Below, one piece after another: positions 31,747-42,299 of a stretch of DNA of 64,000 nucleotides. The notes under the pieces are model-generated. The model worked only from the letters and a program-made list of their open reading frames with translations, ran no database searches and had not been told where the DNA came from. The first letter of the stretch is position 1. The number at the start of each line of letters is the position of its first letter. A program made the translations under genes and the position numbers. Source of the DNA: Escherichia phage vB-Eco-KMB23; sequence record OR525702.1; one strand, given 5' to 3'.

Positions 31747-31940
31747 ACTAATTCCTTTAATCCGTAGATAGGAGATAATTCATCACCCATACGAAGGTCT
31801 TCATTTCCATCTACCCAGGAAACAATATAAGCCTCTTTTATTTGAATACCACTCCATTTAAATGGAGGTAGAACCTTAGAAATTAATCCAGGTATACCAA
31901 CTCCCTTTAATTCAACAGTTTGACCTAAAAAGAATTTCAT
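31743..31940 (-). CDS. hypothetical protein
   Basis: 65-aa ORF. Confidence 0.5.
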   Translation of the reverse strand: MKFFLGQTVELKGVGIPGLISKVLPPFKWSGIQIKEAYIVSWVDGNEDLRMGDELSPIYGLKELV

Positions 31941-32227
31941 TAGAACCTCATCTGAAAACCGTGCGATTTAACATTACCGCCGCCAATATCAGAAATGTTA
32001 ATTTCACGCGCAATTGAAGGGTCAATGTCAATTTCGCGATTGAGTTTAGTGATAGCTAAAGTATCACGCCCATTTACAGTACGAAACTCTAAAGGACAAA
32101 CCACATCAACGTAGTTTTTAATCGATTCGCTAGTAGGTTGCAAATGTGCAGGAAGGTCTTTAGGCGACTTTGAGAAAACTACTTCGCAGAAGTTTTTACG
32201 GGTATCAAAATAAGTAGTCATAAACAT
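31940..32227 (-). CDS. hypothetical protein
   Basis: 95-aa ORF. Confidence 0.55.
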   Translation of the reverse strand: MFMTTYFDTRKNFCEVVFSKSPKDLPAHLQPTSESIKNYVDVVCPLEFRTVNGRDTLAITKLNREIDIDPSIAREINISDIGGGNVKSHGFQMRF

Positions 32228-32243
32228 AACATTTTCCTCAGTA

Positions 32244-32259
32244 AGGGGCCAAAGCCCCT
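32244..32259 (-). terminator. intercistronic GC hairpin
   Basis: AGGGGCC-aa-AGCCCCT. Confidence 0.5.
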
Positions 32260-32268
32260 CATTTTATT

Positions 32269-32634
32269 TTAAATATCAAATTCGTTAAGAACTACATCAA
32301 AGATTGCTTCAAGATGCTCAGGTTTAGCTCTGTTACTCAGAATATGACGAATCCAAGTTTTAACCAAAAGCTTGCGATTAGAACCATTCCAGCAAGGATG
32401 AGTCCCTAAATCACGTTGACGAAAATCATCATCCAGAGCGATTTTGAAGTTTGAACCTTCCATTGTGATTGAAACCGTGATTCCATTTTCAAATCGCATA
32501 TAAACGTAATTAGGAGTCATATACTGCTCAATTTCGCATACTGATCCATTTTGATGTTTCCAAAGGCAAATAGTATCAATAGAACCTGCAATACAATTAG
32601 AAACATATTTACGTTCAAAATTGGTGTAGTTCAT
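32269..32634 (-). CDS. hypothetical protein
   Basis: 121 aa from ATG 32634 with RBS GGAGAATAAA; track ORF begins at upstream TTG. Confidence 0.55.
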   Translation of the reverse strand: MNYTNFERKYVSNCIAGSIDTICLWKHQNGSVCEIEQYMTPNYVYMRFENGITVSITMEGSNFKIALDDDFRQRDLGTHPCWNGSNRKLLVKTWIRHILSNRAKPEHLEAIFDVVLNEFDI

Positions 32635-32659
32635 TTTATTCTCCAAGATGTTTAATTGC

Positions 32660-32699
32660 GGTACAGGTATATAATATCATATCCTGTACCAAAGTAAAC
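32660..32699 (-). promoter_or_regulatory. early promoter with embedded stem-loop (PeSL-like cassette)
   Basis: Minus strand: GTTTAC, then 8-bp inverted repeat GGTACAGG/CCTGTACC bracketing the AT-rich -10 (TATTAT). Confidence 0.55.
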
Positions 32700-32701
32700 A
32701 A

Positions 32702-33034
32702 TTATTTTACTACTTTCCAATGCTGCATGTCAAGTTTACCAACTTTTTTCATCTTCTCAATTAAGCGTTCGGCACGTTGGCGAGCTGTAACATAATACCA
32801 TTCACCTAATTCATTTTGTTCAATTTTTCCAACGATTACTGTATTCAATTCATAAATCCAACCAGTAAAGAAATTATGAACTTGAATTGTAAAGGTGAAA
32901 TCTGTTCCCATACCTTCTGTTGTTTCTACTTCAATAATATCACCTTCAACTGCCATTAAGAACCACATAGTTTCATCATATTTACCATTGAAGCATTTAG
33001 TTTTAACTGTAGCGTTCAGATTAATCGTTTTCAT
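32702..33034 (-). CDS. hypothetical protein
   Basis: 110-aa ORF, ATG with RBS AAGGAGAATAAA. Confidence 0.6.
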   Translation of the reverse strand: MKTINLNATVKTKCFNGKYDETMWFLMAVEGDIIEVETTEGMGTDFTFTIQVHNFFTGWIYELNTVIVGKIEQNELGEWYYVTARQRAERLIEKMKKVGKLDMQHWKVVK

Positions 33035-33042
33035 TTTATTCT

Positions 33043-33100
33043 CCTTTGTTTGTGTAAGATAATACTATCACAAAGGAACCGTACTGTAAACAACTTTGTG
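33043..33100 (-). promoter_or_regulatory. early promoter with inverted repeats (PeSL-like cassette)
   Basis: GTTTAC (rc of 33086-33091) enclosed by CACAAAG/CTTTGTG repeat; AT-rich -10 downstream. Confidence 0.5.
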
Positions 33101-33120
33101 CAATCTTTGGAAAATAAAAA

Positions 33121-33140
33121 AGGACTCCCGAAGGAGTCCT
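33121..33140 (-). terminator. hairpin terminator
   Basis: AGGACTCC-cgaa-GGAGTCCT. Confidence 0.65.
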
Positions 33141-33144
33141 CAAC

Positions 33145-33321
33145 TTATGCTTTCTGCTTACCAAAACGAGAAGCATCATCTCGAAGAACCGCACGTGCTC
33201 GGCGCATGATCTTCTCAACAGTTTGATTGATACGAGAGTTCGACCCACGCTTGTAACCAGCGCGTTTAGAATCACCAACTTTCTTTTCAACTGCTTTCTT
33301 TGCTTTAACTTGTTTTGCCAT
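33145..33321 (-). CDS. small basic protein
   Basis: 58 aa from ATG 33321 (MAKQVKAKK...), Lys/Arg-rich. Confidence 0.5.
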   Translation of the reverse strand: MAKQVKAKKAVEKKVGDSKRAGYKRGSNSRINQTVEKIMRRARAVLRDDASRFGKQKA

Positions 33322-33353
33322 TATAAATTCTCTTTTAAATGAAAATGCAGGAC

Positions 33354-33542
33354 TTATTGGCATTGCCTGCGCAAGCCCTCAAAGGGGTACTTAGGTTTTG
33401 AATATTTACCGACAGGATAACCATAAACCTCGTCATCATACCACCAAGACTTACACAGATAACACTTTTCTGACGCATGATAGTAACATTCAAGAGGTAC
33501 ACCATAAAACTGCCGGGGTCTTAAAACTATAATGATTCGCAA
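33354..33542 (-). CDS. hypothetical Cys-rich ORF, non-ATG start
   Basis: Track ORF begins with TTG, no SD; coding status uncertain. Confidence 0.3.
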   Translation of the reverse strand: MRIIIVLRPRQFYGVPLECYYHASEKCYLCKSWWYDDEVYGYPVGKYSKPKYPFEGLRRQCQ

Positions 33543-33610
33543 ATCATTAATCAGACAGTTCGATGGCTCCTCGATTTTAGCTCACACTAAGGCAGTGAAT
33601 CTCCAATAAA

Positions 33611-33859
33611 TTACTTCAATGTTACCACAAAGTGACGAACTGCTTTTCGTGCAGCAGAAGCCAGAGGCTTAGCATACTTAAGTTCATCTTTTTCCTGAAG
33701 CTCAGCAGCTAATGCAGTTTGAGCAGGATTCAGATGTTTGAAATAACGCAGGATTTCAAGAGCTTCGGCTTCAACATCAATAGATGCGCCATAGTTTTCG
33801 TGACCATTATTCCATGCGTTTCGTTGCAGTTCAAGAGCGTGTTGTAATTGTTTAATCAT
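33611..33859 (-). CDS. rIII: lysis inhibition accessory protein rIII
   Basis: 82 aa, matches T4 rIII. Confidence 0.85.
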   Translation of the reverse strand: MIKQLQHALELQRNAWNNGHENYGASIDVEAEALEILRYFKHLNPAQTALAAELQEKDELKYAKPLASAARKAVRHFVVTLK

Positions 33860-34006
33860 TTAAAAATTCTCGTTAGAGATTAAAACTCGGTAGTCACGTT
33901 CTTCTGAATTTCATCTTCTTTCGACAGATCTCTCAGTTGTAGACTACCACATAGAATTGTTCGGTTAACTTATTATTCCGACACCCAATTCATATTATTA
34001 TTTATA

Positions 34007-34342
34007 TCACTTATAAAGACATGGAATAGCTTTATAGTGACAAGTAACGAATTTTTGTTTAATTTCTTTTGGCTGTTTAAGACCCAGAGCTACAAAAGGA
34101 TGCGGAACATTTCGAATTTGACCAACTGGAAGAGAAGTCAAATCACCAACTTCGCAGAAACCTTCAGGAACATCAGGACCGACAGAGTGAACTACACACA
34201 GTTCAGGAACTTCACCTTGAACACGTTTACCGATAATAAGTCCTGATTCTGTAACTTCTTCATCACCAGCCTGTGCAGGTTCAGAAACTAAAATAACATA
34301 TTCACCGACAGCACGAATTGGTAGCTGTTGTACTTCAGACAT
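34007..34342 (-). CDS. 31: head assembly co-chaperonin (GroES-like)
   Basis: 111 aa, matches T4 gp31. Confidence 0.9.
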
Positions 34343-34398
34343 CGTTTTTCCTTTTTGTTAACAGATGAATTAATAATAACAAATAATTCTTAAAGCAT

Positions 34399-34707
34399 TT
34401 ATTTACCAATAAATTGGAGCAAATGCTCAACTTTCATACCATTAACGGAAATCAATTTGTCAATAGAAAAACCTCGCCATGTACCAAGTTCAACATCAAA
34501 TACTGGAATCATATCAGTAGATTCTTTCCGGGTAGATTCAGTCAATTTACCAGTTTGCATGGTTGGCATAAAGTCTGCGTCGCGAGTACCTTTCATAGTA
34601 CGAATAGTACCATCAGACTTTTCAAAAACTACGTTTGAAACACCCATGGACAATTTAGTTTTCAAAATTTCACGAATTGCTACTTTCTGCTCAGTTGTCA
34701 GTTTCAT
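34399..34707 (-). CDS. hypothetical protein (31.1 position)
   Basis: 102-aa ORF. Confidence 0.6.
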   Translation of the reverse strand: MKLTTEQKVAIREILKTKLSMGVSNVVFEKSDGTIRTMKGTRDADFMPTMQTGKLTESTRKESTDMIPVFDVELGTWRGFSIDKLISVNGMKVEHLLQFIGK

Positions 34708-34944
34708 TTATTTACCTATTACAGTTTTAATATGAGTTGTTCCACGTTCTTTAAGGGTGGAAAGTAATTTTTGGCATTTTTCTAAATCAGATTTCCAACT
34801 ATATGGTCTATCAATACAAACCCAATTTGTCTTATAATACTGTTTCCATTTAGAGAAAAAATACTTCTTATACTCTACAGCAAACGAGATGTTCTCATTA
34901 GAATAAGAACTAATTGCTGTAAGCTTTACCAAACGAAATTTCAT
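34708..34944 (-). CDS. hypothetical protein (31.2 position)
   Basis: 78-aa ORF. Confidence 0.55.
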   Translation of the reverse strand: MKFRLVKLTAISSYSNENISFAVEYKKYFFSKWKQYYKTNWVCIDRPYSWKSDLEKCQKLLSTLKERGTTHIKTVIGK

Positions 34945-35525
34945 TATTCACCACAGAATTCGTTGATATTTTCCCAGTTTAACTTATTCAAGTTTTTCTT
35001 AGGAACATTAAACACTTCAATACCCGCATTTCGCAGAATATCATCCCAACCAGGTTTATTTTTATCGTATGTTTCGCAATAAACCAGCTTTTTAATACCA
35101 GATTGAGCTATCGCTTTTGCACAATCTGGGCAAGGAGAAAGTGTTACATACATAGTAGCACCTTCAATAGAAGAACCATTTCGTGCAGCAAACAAAATTG
35201 CGTTTAGTTCAGCATGAATTTCATTTTTAGATGACCATTCCGAGTGAGCACTACGATGTTCTTTCGCCAAGACAAAACGATCAGTTGAACCAAATGATAC
35301 ACATTCGGGCTTATGACCTTGAATGATAGTGTGTTTAGGCTTATTCAACAACCAACCTTGCTCAGCAGCATAATCACAACAGTTCACACCCCCTGCGGGT
35401 GAACCATTATATCCGGTAGAAATAATACGTCCATTCTTTTCAATTACTGCTCCTACTTTCCAGGAGCAACATTTTGATTCTTGTGATACTAAATATGCAA
35501 TTTGAAGTACTGTACTCGCTTTCAT
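34944..35525 (-). CDS. cd: dCMP deaminase
   Basis: 193 aa; zinc-binding HAELNAI and PCPDC motifs. Confidence 0.9.
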   Translation of the reverse strand: MKASTVLQIAYLVSQESKCCSWKVGAVIEKNGRIISTGYNGSPAGGVNCCDYAAEQGWLLNKPKHTIIQGHKPECVSFGSTDRFVLAKEHRSAHSEWSSKNEIHAELNAILFAARNGSSIEGATMYVTLSPCPDCAKAIAQSGIKKLVYCETYDKNKPGWDDILRNAGIEVFNVPKKNLNKLNWENINEFCGE

Positions 35526-35860
35526 TTCATAATCACCAGATAAGCAGATTTAGCAGTTTCAACACGATAAATTTCGTGACGAAGTTTAGTTATACTTTTA
35601 ATAACAGAACTAATTATATTCTGCCCATCTTTAAAGCGGTTTTTCTTATCAATAAAAATTGCGCCAACCATCTTTTTGTGAAGCTCAACTGGATACTTCG
35701 TCACAATAATAGCATCATATACAGAAGGATGAATACTATTCACTAGAGTGTCATTCATTAAAGTTATTCTAATGAACTGTGCTGTTTCAGAATCAAGCGC
35801 TCTATGATCGCCAGTATCATTTTCAAGACAATTATCAATTATATCAGTTAAATTCATCAT
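35522..35860 (-). CDS. hypothetical protein
   Basis: 112-aa ORF. Confidence 0.55.
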   Translation of the reverse strand: MMNLTDIIDNCLENDTGDHRALDSETAQFIRITLMNDTLVNSIHPSVYDAIIVTKYPVELHKKMVGAIFIDKKNRFKDGQNIISSVIKSITKLRHEIYRVETAKSAYLVIMK

Positions 35861-36093
35861 AGTACGCCATACACCCTTTGTGCTTCAACTAATCCATCAA
35901 AATCCAATTTGAGATGTGTTATTTGGTCACCATCACCTGGATTCACAATTACTAATACTGAACGAGGAGTTTCGGTAATAACACGAACCGATGTTTCAGG
36001 AAATCGTTCAGAAACCTTATTTACCAATTCCTGCGCAAATAGTTTAACTTTTTCTTGGAATTCTTTAACAGTAATTGGTTTTTCACTTAGCAT
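35857..36093 (-). CDS. hypothetical protein
   Basis: 78-aa ORF with SD GAGGA. Confidence 0.6.
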   Translation of the reverse strand: MLSEKPITVKEFQEKVKLFAQELVNKVSERFPETSVRVITETPRSVLVIVNPGDGDQITHLKLDFDGLVEAQRVYGVL

Positions 36094-36104
36094 TTTGTTT
36101 TCCT

Positions 36105-36153
36105 CATTTGTTTTGGTAGAGCTATAATATCACAACTCTACCATAAAGTAAAC
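36105..36153 (-). promoter_or_regulatory. early promoter with embedded stem-loop (PeSL-like cassette)
   Basis: GTTTAC, then 7-bp inverted repeat GGTAGAG/CTCTACC bracketing the TG-extended -10 (TATTAT). Confidence 0.55.
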
Positions 36154-36155
36154 TG

Positions 36156-36431
36156 TTAAATTGCCTTGAATTCTGATGTCTGTGATTCAAAACGAATATC
36201 GCCTTTGATGACTAGCTCAGCATCAAGACCAAATACGACAATGATATGCGCGGAACCCGGATACAGCGTAATTGCAATAGAATCCACCTGGTCTGGAAGC
36301 AAAGTGTTCAATACATGAGTCACTTGAGCATGAATTCGAAGCTCGGCTGCGTTATCAAGCTTTTCAAACATATTATTAGCGATAATTTGACTAAACACTA
36401 CTTCTACGATTTTAGAATAAGTCGGAAACAT
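36156..36431 (-). CDS. hypothetical protein
   Basis: 91 aa from ATG 36431; track ORF begins at GTG 36437. Confidence 0.5.
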   Translation of the reverse strand: MFPTYSKIVEVVFSQIIANNMFEKLDNAAELRIHAQVTHVLNTLLPDQVDSIAITLYPGSAHIIVVFGLDAELVIKGDIRFESQTSEFKAI

Positions 36432-36433
36432 AT

Positions 36434-36626
36434 TCACCTCACATAATTTTCTTCAAGCCAATTAATAACATCCAACGCATTATCAAAAGTTGAACCATCT
36501 ACTATGTCTTCTGTTTCATAATCAAGAATATCTAAGTCTACTCTTCCATCAACAATAGGCCATAAACAAAATAGATATTTCTTTTCTTTTTCAATTTTAT
36601 CACAAAGTCGATAAATCTTTTCTATG

Positions 36627-36634
<8 letters not shown>
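36434..36634 (-). CDS. hypothetical protein
   Basis: 66-aa ORF. Confidence 0.5.
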
Positions 36635-38031
<1,397 letters not shown>

Positions 38032-38259
38032 TTATTTTTTCTCAACTAATGATTGAATATAATCATGTAGGTCTTTAGATGCTTTACCCCACTTATTTTG
38101 ATATTCATTTTTGAGATTAGCACGTGATTGAGCTAATAAAACATCATTAGTTGGAGGTAAAGATTCTAACCGCTGAATCTGGCGTCCATAAATCATTGCA
38201 GCCATCTCGGATTCATAAATCAATCCTTTGAGATGTTCAAATTGATGCCATGAAATCAT
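38032..38259 (-). CDS. hypothetical protein
   Basis: 75-aa ORF. Confidence 0.55.
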   Translation of the reverse strand: MISWHQFEHLKGLIYESEMAAMIYGRQIQRLESLPPTNDVLLAQSRANLKNEYQNKWGKASKDLHDYIQSLVEKK

Positions 38260-38555
38260 TTACATTTATCCTCTTTTAGCTCTTGACGATAATAACATAT
38301 CATAGTTTTCTGATCATGCACATATCGTTTTACATCATTAAGCCAAATACGAAATTCCTGGGAATCTTCAAATGGCATACCGACCCAAGCTTTACCATCA
38401 ATAACTTTAACTTGCCAAGATAGTTTAGCTTCGTCATATGACTTTATTTGCACAGGCCAATTAGGATGAACTGTTTCTTTCTTTACTTCTAGAGGCTTTG
38501 TCGAACAACCAACTAGAAGACCAATAGATAATATTACTGCTGATAGTTTAATCAT
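38256..38555 (-). CDS. predicted lipoprotein
   Basis: 99 aa; signal peptide with lipobox LLVGC. Confidence 0.6.
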   Translation of the reverse strand: MIKLSAVILSIGLLVGCSTKPLEVKKETVHPNWPVQIKSYDEAKLSWQVKVIDGKAWVGMPFEDSQEFRIWLNDVKRYVHDQKTMICYYRQELKEDKCK

Positions 38556-38905
38556 TTAGAAAGGTCCTGGATGTCTTCTGCGAACTTGTTGAAGGAGTTG
38601 TTGATTTGTTTTTCAACCAATCCTGGCTTATGAGCCACCACATCCGCCTTCTTTGCATCTTTGCGCAGTTTTTCATTTTCACGCTCAATAGCAGCAATTG
38701 CCTCACGATTTTTATTATTCATCGCATCAATATAATTATACTGAATTCGCAAATTATTTAATGCTAAGGCGTTTTCATTGGCCGTTTTTGTAATTTCAGT
38801 AACCGATGTTTCTAATCTTTCTACCTTATTTTTTAAAATAATAGATGTTCCGCCAAATACTATTACAAGTAATAGCAAACCTGCTGTCGTATTACTTAAT
38901 TGCAT
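38552..38905 (-). CDS. predicted membrane-anchored coiled-coil protein
   Basis: 117 aa; N-terminal hydrophobic helix LLLLVIVFGG. Confidence 0.55.
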   Translation of the reverse strand: MQLSNTTAGLLLLVIVFGGTSIILKNKVERLETSVTEITKTANENALALNNLRIQYNYIDAMNNKNREAIAAIERENEKLRKDAKKADVVAHKPGLVEKQINNSFNKFAEDIQDLSK

Positions 38906-39399
38906 AAAGTTTTAATAACCTCTATAATATCGTCTTGAGAAAGACCGTTAATTAAAATATGATGTTCCGCCGGAGATTTAGAAATTTTAAAGCATGCCGC
39001 AACATCTTCTGCCATATCCGATGCGCTACGATTTGGATTACTAATTCCAAGACGATGTTTTCCCGTTAAAGGATTAACGATGATATAGCATTTACAGCTA
39101 TTGATATGAACATTAGGTTGAGTCTGATTAATGAATACATCACAATCATATTTCGCAAGCTGATTTTCTAAAAAGACTTTCATCTCCTCAACCGCATCAG
39201 GAAGCATATCACGGGCTTGCTCAAGACGACGATTTCGATATTCTTTAATGGTCGTTTTCCGCTTGACTTGCTTAGCTAAATCTTTCTTAAGATCGGTGAT
39301 ATATCCAACTCGACGATTTCCTTTAAATACAGAAATCCCATCTGTAGTATCACCGTATGCTTCAACGACCATTTCAGTAGTAATAAGCTGCAAATCCAT
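38896..39399 (-). CDS. alc: Alc, inhibitor of host transcription elongation
   Basis: 167 aa from second ATG, matches T4 Alc. Confidence 0.85.
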   Translation of the reverse strand: MDLQLITTEMVVEAYGDTTDGISVFKGNRRVGYITDLKKDLAKQVKRKTTIKEYRNRRLEQARDMLPDAVEEMKVFLENQLAKYDCDVFINQTQPNVHINSCKCYIIVNPLTGKHRLGISNPNRSASDMAEDVAACFKISKSPAEHHILINGLSQDDIIEVIKTLCN

Positions 39400-39406
39400 C
39401 ATAAAG

Positions 39407-39460
39407 TCCTCATGTTATGTCAGTAAGACTACTATAACACAACACGAGGGACTTGTAAAC
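39407..39460 (-). promoter_or_regulatory. early sigma70-type promoter cassette, copy B (identical to 24082..24135)
   Basis: 54/54 identity with copy A; drives alc. Confidence 0.6.
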
Positions 39461-39463
39461 AGC

Positions 39464-41051
<1,588 letters not shown>

Positions 41052-41059
41052 AATAAAAT

Positions 41060-41073
41060 GGGCCTTGCGGCCC
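41060..41073 (-). terminator. hairpin between nrdB and denA
   Basis: GGGCC-ttgc-GGCCC. Confidence 0.5.
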
Positions 41074-41078
41074 ACTCC

Positions 41079-42248
41079 TTAAAAGTATTTTTTAAAACTC
41101 ATCATAACTTTATCATCAACATCATTATCAATCTGTGCAACAAGGTAAGATGACAGTTCTACTTCTTGTGGCGCGGATTGAACATTATCAGAATTAAGAT
41201 ATTCACGAATCCAAGGATATGGATGTTTAACCGGAGCATCGGTAATTGGGCATGGAAGACCACACTGCTTCATACGAGATACAGTTAAGTAATCAATAAA
41301 GCTCCACATGCTATTTGTATTTAATCCAGGAACATCGCCATCTTTAAATAAATGAACTGCCCAATCTTTTTCTTGGCGGTTAACTTCCATGAAAATATCA
41401 ACTGCTTCTTGTTCACACTCTTGAGCAATTTTAACCCATTCATCGCCATCAGTACCGGATTGAAGCTGACGAATAATATATTGGGTGCCTTTAAGGTGAA
41501 GCTGCTCATCACGTGCAATGAACTTCATAATCTTGGCATTACCTTCCATGATTTCCATATTCTTATGGAAGTTAAAGGTACATGCGAAAGATACATAAAA
41601 ACGAATAGCTTCTAAGGCATTAATAACGTGCAAACAGAGGTAAAGAGATTTCATTAAAGCACGTTTAGTACATGCAACAACTTTGCCTAACTCTTCTTTA
41701 CGAAATCCTTCTGATAAAATTCCTTCATATTCTTCTTTAGCATTTTCCCATTCACGGGTTTTAGTCAGAACATCATCATAATAACGTCCAATTGATTCAG
41801 CACGTTTCATAATAGCTTCATCTAATACAATCTCATCAAATACCTTTGACGGATCAGTATAAAGATTTCGCATAATATGAGTATATGAACGACTATGAAT
41901 AGTTTCACTAAAAGTCCATGTAGCAACCCATGTATCAAGACTTGGGTCTGAAATTAATGACATAAGTACAGCAGATGGCGCACGACCCTGAATGCTATCC
42001 AAAAGTGATTGATACTTCAGGTTATTAGTAAAAATATTTTGCTGATACTGAGGAAGCTTATTAAATTGTGCAGCATCCATCATTAAGTTTACTTCTTCAG
42101 GACGCCAGAAAAATGATAATTGCTTTTCGGTTAAATCTTCAAAAACTTTATGGCGTTGAATATCATAACGCGCAATACCAAGACCTGAACCAAAAAACAT
42201 AGGTTCTTTTAAAACATCAACTGGATTTGTATTAAAAACTGTGCTCAT
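41079..42248 (-). CDS. nrdB: ribonucleotide reductase small subunit, uninterrupted
   Basis: 389-aa continuous ORF; no intron. Confidence 0.9.
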   Translation of the reverse strand: MSTVFNTNPVDVLKEPMFFGSGLGIARYDIQRHKVFEDLTEKQLSFFWRPEEVNLMMDAAQFNKLPQYQQNIFTNNLKYQSLLDSIQGRAPSAVLMSLISDPSLDTWVATWTFSETIHSRSYTHIMRNLYTDPSKVFDEIVLDEAIMKRAESIGRYYDDVLTKTREWENAKEEYEGILSEGFRKEELGKVVACTKRALMKSLYLCLHVINALEAIRFYVSFACTFNFHKNMEIMEGNAKIMKFIARDEQLHLKGTQYIIRQLQSGTDGDEWVKIAQECEQEAVDIFMEVNRQEKDWAVHLFKDGDVPGLNTNSMWSFIDYLTVSRMKQCGLPCPITDAPVKHPYPWIREYLNSDNVQSAPQEVELSSYLVAQIDNDVDDKVMMSFKKYF

Positions 42249-42299
42249 AAATTTTCCACTTAGTTAATAGATAGTGACTCGTCCATGAGTCAAATTATA

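Noticed and set aside
33354-33542. 62-aa Cys-rich ORF as a confident gene
   Set aside because: The only available start is TTG without an SD; kept as a low-confidence feature only.
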